A DNA stretch of 64,000 nt from a virus (lineage: Duplodnaviria > Caudoviricetes): positions 30,456-94,455 of the IMG/VR virus record IMGVR_UViG_3300027212_000006; one strand, 5' to 3'. The position numbers and the translations under genes were made by a program. The notes beneath the pieces were generated by a model. The model searched no databases, was not told where the DNA came from, and saw only the letters and a program-made list of their open reading frames with translations. The first letter of the stretch is position 1. Each line of letters begins with the position of its first letter. This document shows positions 18,054 through 27,600 of this stretch, piece by piece.

Positions 18054-18797
18054 ATGAAAACCGCTATTGTATACTCTTGCTTTTTAACAGGCAAATGGTA
18101 TTCATTAGTATCTAATCAGCTAACTAAAATCTTCTCCTCCAAAACAGTGTTGAATGGAGGAGATGTTTTTATTTGTGCTTCTGGTACTGACGAAGAATAT
18201 AAAAAACTAATCGAAATTATTGGTGACAACAAAGCTTTTGTTTATCATCATCCTAACATCAAGCATGCCTGTGAAGCATATGGCTTTAAGAAGATGCATG
18301 AAATAAGCAAAGAAGGCTATGATTACATTTGCTTTATGCATAGTAAGGGTGTTTCTAGATTAAAAGATCCAATGCCAGTAATTATAACTGTTAATACTTG
18401 GCGAACTTGTATGGAATATTTTGTTTTAGAAAGAGCAGAAGATTGTATTTCAGCATTACAAAAATCAAACAAAAATTGTGCTGGAGTTATGTTAGATGTC
18501 TTCAATTGGTTTCATAAAGATATAAGTTTTGAAAAATCTGTCTCACATTATCTCTGGGCAATATTTCCAGGTAATTTCTTCTGGGTTAAATGTTCATGGT
18601 TTGCTGAACAAAAAGAGCCTACGATTGGAGAAGACAGATTTGAATATGAAAGATTTTTAGGAACATGTGTTGGAACGAACCCCTACTATATCTGGATTAA
18701 AAAATACACAGAAGTAGGGTCTCATATTTCCTATTTTGAACCAATATATGAACAAGAATATAAAAAAGAATACAAAGAAGAAGAAAAGCTTATTTAA
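18054..18797 (+). CDS. Putative glycosyltransferase-like protein
   Basis: YICFMHSKGV, W...MEYF, GNFFW and RFEYERF motifs, typical of an RgpF-like GT family common in large phages (recognised by eye). Confidence 0.55.
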   Translation: MKTAIVYSCFLTGKWYSLVSNQLTKIFSSKTVLNGGDVFICASGTDEEYKKLIEIIGDNKAFVYHHPNIKHACEAYGFKKMHEISKEGYDYICFMHSKGVSRLKDPMPVIITVNTWRTCMEYFVLERAEDCISALQKSNKNCAGVMLDVFNWFHKDISFEKSVSHYLWAIFPGNFFWVKCSWFAEQKEPTIGEDRFEYERFLGTCVGTNPYYIWIKKYTEVGSHISYFEPIYEQEYKKEYKEEEKLI

Positions 18798-20595
18798 TTG
18801 CAAACATCTTCCATGCTCTTTCATTTCTATAAACCTTTTTTCTCATTAGACAGTGAGTTTTAAGGTTTTTTTGTTCAGGCATAAAATCAATAATAACTGC
18901 ATCTGGCTTGCCATTTGATACAGATTGCTCAATGTCTTTCCCAACACATCTTAATACTCTTCCTACCTGTTGATAAGTGGTAACAGAAGATTGATTTGAA
19001 CCTGCTAAAATTAATACTGAAATCTTTGGTGCATCAACTCCAACGTTTGCCCATTGAGTAGCGATTAAAACAATTTCATTATTTTCAACAGCATTAAGCA
19101 TTCTTCGACGATAATTCTTTTCCTCGTCAGTTGGATCATCAACACCTTTATCTCCACCAGGAACGAAAACAGAATCTTCTATCAATCCCTCCAATAAGAA
19201 TCCATGTTCTCTTCTCTCTACAAGAATAATCGTAGGTCTTTTAGCTTCTTTGAATGCTTCGGCAAATTGTTTGATCCTAAAGTTTCTTTCCCAGTTATTA
19301 ACAATGTTGTTTGAATAAATATCTGCATAAGTATCACCATCATGAACTTCAGCTACATTACAAACAAATATCTTGGGTGGTACTAAATACCCTAGCTCAA
19401 TCAAATCACTCGCACTGACATCAATAATTTTTCTGCCCAGAGTGCCTTCTATTCTGATTTCTTGGTTGTCCATTCTCCATGGGGTACCAGATAATCCTAA
19501 GCGGTAATATGCCTTAGTAGCATATGAACCTAGCTCTTGAATAACTACTGACGCTACGTGCGCTTCATCAACTATAAAAGCCTGACAAGAACCAATGAGA
19601 TTTCTCACTTGACTTTTTTGAAATAATACTTCTTGTCGATTATCCCAAGCAGTTTGAGCTTTCTTGTATACTGCTAAATCAACTTTAATTAATGCATTAA
19701 AATCTTTGTTAAACTGCTTTTCCAAGCTTAAAGCTGCTGCTGCATAAGTTTTCTTCTTTTTTAAATCTGTTTCTTTCAAAGCTATTTCTGCAGCTTTTTC
19801 CATATCCAAAGACAGCTTGCTTAATTCTCTTTTTGCATTATTTTCTGCAATCTTCCATTTCTTTAAAGCTTCATCTAATTCTTTTTGTAGCTGAGCAGTT
19901 GTTTTTGGACCATCAACATTAGGATCATCAACAACTTTATTCCCTTTTTCAATGTATTTTTTATCAAATGCATTTAATGCTGTTTGGTAAGTAACAACAT
20001 TAATTCCTTCTAAATTAATGTTGCATAAACCACCACCAGCAATACCCACTACTACAGGCTTGCCATTAAATCTTAAATATCTTTCAAATTCTTTTTGTGT
20101 TTGTTTGAGAAGTTCAATTGCAGGTACTATAAAAATTACAGGACTTACTCCAAGATTTTCAAATATCTTGCAAGAAGTCATAGTTTTACCAGCACCAGTA
20201 CAAAGGGATAGCATTCCTCTTTGTGTTTTACGTGCTAAAGTTGCAGCATTCTCTTGATAAAATCTTAATTCTTTGCCATCAAAGTCACAAGTAACTGGGT
20301 AATTGCGTTCTGGTTTTTTTCTAACATCAATTACTTCGTGTTCTATTTTAAGAGAATCAAATAATTTTCTTATTCTTCCAGTTAATCCTGATGGAAAAGA
20401 TTGTGTTCTTTTATTGTAAAGAGATATCTTTCCATCCCACTGTCCTTGTTTAAACTTCTGAGACCATTCAGCCGAAGGGACTTCATAAGACAATTCAGTC
20501 CTAATTGCATCATGTAAATTATTATTTACAGCATACTCATTGTGCAAATTGCCAACAAGCTTGCCAAATGAATTATCAACTTCTATTTTGACCAT
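18790..20595 (-). CDS. SF2 DEAH helicase (UvsW/XPB-like) with a coiled-coil insertion
   Basis: Q motif LRFYQ, motif I TGAGKT, VVTYQ, motif II DEAH, motif III SGTP, GVDAP, motif VI QQVGRVLR. N-terminal WDGKISLY..FPSGL as in UvsW-like helicases. Confidence 0.9.
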   Translation of the reverse strand: MVKIEVDNSFGKLVGNLHNEYAVNNNLHDAIRTELSYEVPSAEWSQKFKQGQWDGKISLYNKRTQSFPSGLTGRIRKLFDSLKIEHEVIDVRKKPERNYPVTCDFDGKELRFYQENAATLARKTQRGMLSLCTGAGKTMTSCKIFENLGVSPVIFIVPAIELLKQTQKEFERYLRFNGKPVVVGIAGGGLCNINLEGINVVTYQTALNAFDKKYIEKGNKVVDDPNVDGPKTTAQLQKELDEALKKWKIAENNAKRELSKLSLDMEKAAEIALKETDLKKKKTYAAAALSLEKQFNKDFNALIKVDLAVYKKAQTAWDNRQEVLFQKSQVRNLIGSCQAFIVDEAHVASVVIQELGSYATKAYYRLGLSGTPWRMDNQEIRIEGTLGRKIIDVSASDLIELGYLVPPKIFVCNVAEVHDGDTYADIYSNNIVNNWERNFRIKQFAEAFKEAKRPTIILVERREHGFLLEGLIEDSVFVPGGDKGVDDPTDEEKNYRRRMLNAVENNEIVLIATQWANVGVDAPKISVLILAGSNQSSVTTYQQVGRVLRCVGKDIEQSVSNGKPDAVIIDFMPEQKNLKTHCLMRKKVYRNERAWKMFAIK

Positions 20596-20620
20596 AGCAT
20601 AAATATTCTATCATAAAAAC

Positions 20621-20650
20621 AAAGAAACGGGAAATATTTCCCGTTTCTTT
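20621..20650. terminator. Perfect 30-bp palindrome, terminator-like
   Basis: AAAGAAACGGGAAAT|ATTTCCCGTTTCTTT with T-rich tails, downstream of the 20667 gene and just upstream of the helicase TGaTAGAAT -10 (20605-20613). Confidence 0.8.
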
Positions 20651-20666
20651 TCTGCATTAGGTAACT

Positions 20667-21125
20667 TTATTCAGGATCAGTGAATGACATAGAATTAAAC
20701 TTATTTACAGCTACCGCAATAGCCTTTGGCTTTTTACCTACAAACATATCAAGCGTACTCATGACAAGTGTTTGAATGTTTTCAACATCTGAGTCTGTCA
20801 ACTCAATACCTTGATTAACAGCGGCCAAGCGAATAAACCTTACAAATTGCTCGACTCTGTCTTCATTAGAAAACTCACCATCTTTAATTTGTTCAAGTCC
20901 AGCAATCCAAGCGTCTACAAGCATAACGCCCTTTCTGCCTAATTTTACTGCTAATACTGACCTAATTACGATCAATGTTTGCAATGCGACTTTTGTATCA
21001 TTTGGTGCACTTCTTGACAGTAGAAACAAAGCGACCATTGAAATAATACAAAGCATCCCAATTACTAATAGGCCTTGCCAGTTAGTAAGTAAAGAAGTTA
21101 TTTGTGAAAGTTCCATTTTTAACAA
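20667..21125 (-). CDS. Membrane protein, holin-like (LL-H-type layout)
   Basis: N-terminal TM helix followed by a helical domain (RVEQFVRFI..A...GIELTDSDVENI). Confidence 0.45.
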   Translation of the reverse strand: MLKMELSQITSLLTNWQGLLVIGMLCIISMVALFLLSRSAPNDTKVALQTLIVIRSVLAVKLGRKGVMLVDAWIAGLEQIKDGEFSNEDRVEQFVRFIRLAAVNQGIELTDSDVENIQTLVMSTLDMFVGKKPKAIAVAVNKFNSMSFTDPE

Positions 21126-21331
21126 TCCTTGGCTACTACATCATCGCCTTCATCAGACGAATCAAGGTCAAGATCAACATCAAGAGTTAGGGGAATTACA
21201 AGCTCGTCCTTAATTGGTTCTTGCTTCTTTTCATCTGCCCAAACCACTCCTTCGTTAGATGCAACTACTTCGTCACCCTCTGCATCTGTAAACTTCTCAA
21301 TCTTACCTGTGGCTCTCTTAATCATTGCCAT
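21119..21331 (-). CDS. Small acidic hypothetical protein
   Basis: 70 aa, SD GAGG, overlaps the next gene. Confidence 0.65.
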   Translation of the reverse strand: MAMIKRATGKIEKFTDAEGDEVVASNEGVVWADEKKQEPIKDELVIPLTLDVDLDLDSSDEGDDVVAKDC

Positions 21332-21342
21332 AATTTTTTACC

Positions 21343-22317
21343 TCAATTATTTAAAGTAGAAACATATTTAGAAAGAATATCTTCCTGCTCTGCAGTCAAA
21401 CTGTTAGGATAATTATACAGAAAAGTGATAACAAACTCGCCCCTTGAAGAATCTGGTCTTGGTATACCTTCATTTTCAAACTTAAGTAAACTATCTAATC
21501 TTGTAAGCTTTTCAACCGTAACTTCTTTTTCAACGCCATTTGGAAATTTGATATTTTTCTTCGTTCCAACCAAAGCTTCAATCGGGTTTAACGAAAGCTT
21601 ATAAAATATATTACCCTGGTTATCAAAATCAAAATCTGGATGCGGATTTAAATTAAACTCTACAATAGCTTTACCAGGCGGTTGGTTAGGATTTTCTTGA
21701 TTACCACCATCAGGAATTATAATAGCAGAGAAAACTTGGCCTAATTTTAAATGCAATGGTCTTTGGATAGTTTCATTTATTAGTCCATTTGAATGACATT
21801 GTCCACAGATAACATCCAATTTCCAACCCCTGCCTCTACAATCATGACAAGGACCAAGTATCTGTTCAAAAAAGAAGCCAGCATGTTGCATCGTGTGCTT
21901 GTTCTGCCCAGATCCCATGCATGTTCTACAAACCTGTTTAGCGCCAGAACCACCTTCACCATTACAAGGTTTACAAAAAACTCTTCTCTGGTACATAACA
22001 TTTTTTATATCTTCTTTAAAAAGATCTTCTAATGACAAATTAACCTTAAGAGTTATAGGGCTGTTGAAAGATTGAGTTTTTACTACGTTCCAAGAGTCAA
22101 ACGGGTTGTGATGCTGAGGAGGTTGGTCGTATCTACTTTTTGAATTAGGATCACTTAATACAGAATAAGCTTCGTTAATTTGCTTAAACTTGTCCTCAGC
22201 ATCTGGTTCTTTATTGACATCAGGGTGAAACTTTTTTGATAGATTTCTGTAAGCTGATTTTATTTCGTCAGAAGTTGCGTTTCTGCCAACCCCTAATATT
22301 TCATAATGATCTTGCAT
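21343..22317 (-). CDS. dnaJ: DnaJ co-chaperone (class A, reduced G/F region)
   Basis: J-domain with HPD, four CxxCxGxG-type motifs, C-terminal substrate-binding domain. Confidence 0.93.
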   Translation of the reverse strand: MQDHYEILGVGRNATSDEIKSAYRNLSKKFHPDVNKEPDAEDKFKQINEAYSVLSDPNSKSRYDQPPQHHNPFDSWNVVKTQSFNSPITLKVNLSLEDLFKEDIKNVMYQRRVFCKPCNGEGGSGAKQVCRTCMGSGQNKHTMQHAGFFFEQILGPCHDCRGRGWKLDVICGQCHSNGLINETIQRPLHLKLGQVFSAIIIPDGGNQENPNQPPGKAIVEFNLNPHPDFDFDNQGNIFYKLSLNPIEALVGTKKNIKFPNGVEKEVTVEKLTRLDSLLKFENEGIPRPDSSRGEFVITFLYNYPNSLTAEQEDILSKYVSTLNN

Positions 22318-22333
22318 ACTTGAAATATACAGG

Positions 22334-23014
22334 TTATCTATTTATTTTATTAAGTAAATCGATAATCTTATTAGAAGGACAAGCTGCATTCTGACCAACC
22401 CCAACATCAGCATGTTGTCCAGTTACACCCATAACACAGCCAGCAACAGTACCATCAGTAAGAACTAACATTCCTCCTGATGCGCCCTCTAAAATATCAG
22501 CATCAAAGAACAAAATATCTTGCCATGCCAAACTTGGACTTTGTTTTCCTAATGTCTGATGAACATTAGTAATTCTTCCAACGGTTGCTGTATCGTGAAA
22601 TCCCTCTGGAGACCCTAAAACTGCAATAATATCTCCAACTTCTACAGTGTCAGAGTTAGCAAGTTTTACAGCTGGGATGTTTTTAGCAATAGGAGTAGAT
22701 AAAACAATTCCAGCATCATAATTTGGATCAGATATTTGCATTTCTGCTGGATATAAAGTTTCACCATCAAAAGATACTTTAATCTCGTGAGGTTTATTTG
22801 TCAATATTGGAGGCACAACGTGAGAAGCAGTGACTATGTAGCCTTCCCCTACATGAAAACCGCTACCAGTCCAACTTTGATCTCCAGCATCTACGTAAAT
22901 AGTGCAAGAAGACTGAATTGCTGTTTGAATAATTTTCTTTACAGGGTCTTCAATCTTTTGCCCTAACTTCATTCTCCATGCAAGAGAATCAGCGTTGAAT
23001 GAAAACAAACTCAT
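22334..23014 (-). CDS. Trypsin-like (S1, HtrA-type, no PDZ) serine protease
   Basis: GSGF, TASHVV (His), YDAG (Asp), GASGG (Ser): triad intact. Confidence 0.88.
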   Translation of the reverse strand: MSLFSFNADSLAWRMKLGQKIEDPVKKIIQTAIQSSCTIYVDAGDQSWTGSGFHVGEGYIVTASHVVPPILTNKPHEIKVSFDGETLYPAEMQISDPNYDAGIVLSTPIAKNIPAVKLANSDTVEVGDIIAVLGSPEGFHDTATVGRITNVHQTLGKQSPSLAWQDILFFDADILEGASGGMLVLTDGTVAGCVMGVTGQHADVGVGQNAACPSNKIIDLLNKINR

Positions 23015-23472
23015 TTATTTATAACCTTGTACATGATAACAGATTTTTCAACTGGTCCGAATCTTCTTGAGTCATCTGAGTTTTCAGAATTATCTCCAAG
23101 CACATAAACATAACCCCTAGGAACAACATGCTTCATTACTAAAAAATTATGATTACCTTCATAATACTTTTCAGCCATTACTCCTATATGTTGATCAAAT
23201 ACTTCAATTTTTTCAGAATCAAAACTCATTAAAGAATAATAAACATCATTTTCATCAAACTTTATTCTTTTTATAATAGTTTCGTTATAATCATTCTTCA
23301 AAACAACAATATCATTTAAAGAAAAATTATTAGTTCTTACTGCTAAAAGTAATTGATTATTTTTGAGGCTAGGTAACATAGAATTACCAATAACCACAAC
23401 GACTTTAAAAGGTATAGCCCATAAAGTTAAAACTACTAACAAACAAACAATTAATTTGATATATTTTCTCAT
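23011..23472 (-). CDS. lepB: Signal peptidase I (S26)
   Basis: N-terminal TM anchor, GNSMLPSL (Ser), IIKRI (Lys), GDN..NSDDSR.FGPV. Confidence 0.9.
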   Translation of the reverse strand: MRKYIKLIVCLLVVLTLWAIPFKVVVVIGNSMLPSLKNNQLLLAVRTNNFSLNDIVVLKNDYNETIIKRIKFDENDVYYSLMSFDSEKIEVFDQHIGVMAEKYYEGNHNFLVMKHVVPRGYVYVLGDNSENSDDSRRFGPVEKSVIMYKVINK

Positions 23473-23535
23473 TGCACTTCTCCTATTTGCAGAAGAAGAG
23501 CTTAAAGATTTTTGTTTTTTGCCTTTTGGCTCTTT

Positions 23536-24555
23536 TTAAATTAATTTCTCTGGTAATGGCTGTGGATCCTCAACTATTTGAGTAACGACAGACGCCTTGT
23601 AATGATCTGGGTTAATATTAGCAAAATTAGGAACGCCGTATCCCCATTGTTTAATATCACCTGCAGTTATAAAAGGACTATCATCAGCTACAGTTTTTAA
23701 AGCTTGCATCATCTCAATGTAATTCTTGATTAATGGTACACCAGCAGTTTTTCTTGAGTATGATAAAAGTAAAGCGCAAATACCAGCCATGAAAGGTGAT
23801 GCTTGGCTTGTTCCTGACATTTTTGCATAACCATTGTTGAAGTGTGTTGAGTATATATCAACACCAGGCACAGCTCCATCAACTTCCTGACCCCTAGAAG
23901 AAAAGTGTGCCAAATTACCATTTTTGTCTAAAGCAGCTACAGCTATAACTTCATCATAATGTGCTGGATAATTAACTTTTCCAGAATCATTACCGGCAGC
24001 TGCAATAATAATGATGCCTTTAGAAACAGCTTCTTTAATTAAATTATAAATCTCTCTTGGCGGTTCTGAAGGAGAGCCTAAAGACATGTTGATAATATCG
24101 CAATTGGCATCGATAGCATATCTTAAACCTTTTGCAATTGCTTCATATGATCCAGAGCCATCACTATTTAAAACCTTGACTGGCAATATGTGGCAACCAG
24201 GAGCAACACCTACAATGCCTCTGCCATTTTCTCTCGCAGCAATGATACCTGTGACGTGAATACCGTGACCACTTCCATTGTCAAGTCCAGTACCTTCGCT
24301 TGTAGCATCAAGCATGGTTCCCCAAACTTTCTCTAAATCGTTATGTGGTACGATGCCAGTGTCTAAAACACCAATTAAAATGCCTTCACCTTTAGAATAT
24401 TGCCAAAACTTTTCAATATTACAGGTCATCATTCCCCAATCTTTCTTCTCTCCATCAGAAAGAGAAGTCATAACATGGGTAACTTTCAAATCCTCTTCTG
24501 GAATAAAGTCTAATTGATCTTTAAGGGAAACTTTTTCTCTTTCGATTGCTGCCAT
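23536..24555 (-). CDS. Subtilisin-like (S8) serine protease, no signal peptide
   Basis: VLDTG (Asp), HGIHVTG (His), AAAGN (oxyanion hole), SGTSQASP (Ser). SD AAGGAG. Confidence 0.93.
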   Translation of the reverse strand: MAAIEREKVSLKDQLDFIPEEDLKVTHVMTSLSDGEKKDWGMMTCNIEKFWQYSKGEGILIGVLDTGIVPHNDLEKVWGTMLDATSEGTGLDNGSGHGIHVTGIIAARENGRGIVGVAPGCHILPVKVLNSDGSGSYEAIAKGLRYAIDANCDIINMSLGSPSEPPREIYNLIKEAVSKGIIIIAAAGNDSGKVNYPAHYDEVIAVAALDKNGNLAHFSSRGQEVDGAVPGVDIYSTHFNNGYAKMSGTSQASPFMAGICALLLSYSRKTAGVPLIKNYIEMMQALKTVADDSPFITAGDIKQWGYGVPNFANINPDHYKASVVTQIVEDPQPLPEKLI

Positions 24556-24586
24556 TTTCTTAATCTCCTTAGAATACTATATATAA

Positions 24587-24615
24587 TATTCTGAATGCAA
24601 GCAGATTAAATCCTA
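24587..24615 (-). promoter_or_regulatory. Putative phage promoter TAGG-N19-AGAATA
   Basis: Minus strand TAGG atttaatctgcttgcattc AGAATA, upstream of the subtilisin gene. Confidence 0.5.
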
Positions 24616-27600
24616 TACAATTTGAACTTGATAACTGAAAACTTTAAGTCCAGTATTTGCTCCATTTGAAGGTAGAAGCGAAACAGATATTTGACTTCCC
24701 TTAGCAAATAAACTTGCATCTAGAGTAGTGTTAGGTTCAGAAATAGATATTTGTTTATCTTTATCAAACCATGCCAATGCTGTTTGATTATTTATTGTAG
24801 TGGGTGAACCAGAACTTCCATCATAGTAATCATATGACAAAACAATATTTGGTCCTACAGGCATTGAATATATCAATGTTGAGCTATCTAGAGTAATAGG
24901 TTTAGTTGGGTCATTTGAAGTTAAAACTATATTAGAAGCATATGGAACGTAATTGCCTGCTAATATTACAGATGTACTTGTAACAGCAATTCCAGTTTTA
25001 AATCCATCCGAAGGAGAAACTTCAGCATAAATTACATCTCCAGCTAAGAAATAATTATTTGCCTCATCCAAATCTTCCAATCTCTGTACTGTTCTATTTC
25101 TATAATTTGGTAATGAGTTTGTAGTAAAAACTTCTACAGTAGTTCCACTTCCAGAGACTTCTCTATATCTAAACCATTTGGTCTGAGTGTTTCTCTCTCT
25201 ATTTCCGTCAGGTGAATTGTACTCATAATCCAAAATCATTCTTTCTAATACTGAAATAGATGAGCCTATAGAAGACATTGATATAATTTTTGGCTTTCCA
25301 GTTAAATTAGGCAGTGTAGAGTTTAGATAAGAAGAAAAAACGTTTCTATTTTTAACTACAGAATACTGTAAAGCAAAATCATATGTATTAGCTACAGCAT
25401 CATCATAATCTTGAACTAACAGGCCTATTCTAAACTTATTTGATGGGAGGATAAATAAAGTTACAATATCTGTTCTTTCTAATTCCTGAACAAATGTAAC
25501 CGCACCATCCTCCCTGTTAACGAAGTAATTGCCCCTATTAATTACTCCATTTTTCAAAACAACCAATTGACTATCAGCAGGCCATCTTCCATTTACTGCA
25601 AAGAAAGTTCTATTATCTACAGTTGTTGTTGGTTCACCTTCGTAGAAGTTTTGCAATTCAGGATAAACAATTTCTACAGTTGGTAATTCAAACAAAGGAA
25701 TCTCAAATGTAATTGTGCCTAATTTATAATCAGTCTTGTATGTAATTGGGCTAATAATGTCACCACTCGCTAATGTAAGAGTGACAATCGCATCAGATCT
25801 CCAATTTTTAAACTTTGTTCCATTTAAATATGTTTGGAATATCTGCGGAGTTAATGGTGCTCCTTGTTCATCTAAACCTGTAGTATCTTGTAATAATAAT
25901 CCATTTTCAGAATTGTAAACAACTTGATCTAAATATTGGAATGTTTTTTGACGATTAGACAAGCAGCCATTTCTGTTAGTAAATATCAATTCATAGTCAG
26001 CCCAGTCAGTACTATCTCCTCTACAAATACCCCATTGCAATTTACTTGTATCTGGAACTGTAGAATTAGAAGTTAAATTATATTCAAAAATACTTCCCTT
26101 AATATCATATGCATCTGTGAAATAATATCTTTCGGAAGGTGAAGTTTCTACATGATAAAGAGACGTTACTACTGGTCTCACAGTAGTACCAGCAGAGTAT
26201 CCTTCAGTCATATTAACTTTGTATTCTAGGTTGGTAATTTGTTTTCTAAAAGTATAACCAACACCACTATTCAAAGTAATCCAAGTTGAGTAATCTTTTC
26301 TGTTGCTGGACCATCTAAATTGAACGCTACAAGTAGATCCTGATGCAGCTGAATAAGAAGAGTGTAATTCTTTTATATAAATCGGATCTGTATACTCAAA
26401 GTCTCTAACCCATGAAGCAGTATATAAATCATTTGCTTGTCCATGTAAAAATGAGTTCAATGAGTTTTCAAGATCGCCATTATCAGCACCATTTAGAATA
26501 TCAAAATAATTACCATCTGTATCAATGGATAGTGTTTGTAATTCTCTTTGGTCACTAGCTCTTCCAAAACCAAAAGAATTGATGTTTACTCCGGTTTCAA
26601 GCCAAGAAGTTTGAGCAGTAGTGACAACGTCAGACGCTAAATCAGTTGAAATATTGTCACCATCAGCAAAGACCATTGAAAGAGGCTTATAAGTTTCTGA
26701 CCATTTTCTAATTAGTTCTGTTCTTGCTGTATCGGAGTTTTTAATATCTGAAGAAGATCCATCCCAATCTTGCCTCAAATAAACTTCTAAACTATCACCT
26801 GAAGTTACTCCATAACCAGAAGCAAATACTACAGAACCGTTGGTAGGAGAAACAGTGTAATTTGTAGTTCTTGTAACTCCGCTTACAACTACCTCAACGT
26901 CAGGATAGGTGCTAGAAGACCATTTGTATGTACTTCCAGTGCTTGATTTAGAAAGATACACTGTTGGGTTTGTAACAGCAGAACCAGCCCAAAGACCAAG
27001 TGTAACCTGCTTATCACTTGAAGTCTTGTACCAATCTCTTAAACTATCTAATCCTAAAGCGCCAATTTGTGTAAGATATCCTACAATTAAATTAACTCTT
27101 GAAACATTGTTAGTCTCATCATTAGATTTCAAAATTGACTCAGAAATTGATTGTGGAGAAAGCCCGACAATAGATAAAGCAACAGCCTCAACTAATTCAG
27201 ACTTTGTGCCTTTCTGCTTTAAGCTAAGTAAATTGGTATTAAGTTCAGTCTGTGAACTTTCATATCCAGTAGTTTTTTGAGTTACAGAAGAACCATATTG
27301 CCAAAAGTCAAAATATGTGGTGAATAAAGTAGTTCCAATTCCAGCAACATATTTTTTGTTTCTAGTTATAAATGTGTCAAAGAAGTCCTTAATTGTGTAA
27401 ACATATTGAGTGCTTCCAAAACTTGATTTGATTGATGTTGAATCGTCAAATACTAAGCTTGTGGCAAACTTTAAATCAGTAGTTAGGTGCCCAATATCTT
27501 TAACTAAAACACCTGAGCCTGTTCCATTTACCCAATCAAAAGAGGTTGCTCCTGAACCTGAATAATATGCGCCTACAGGAATGGCGGTATCTGTAGGTGT

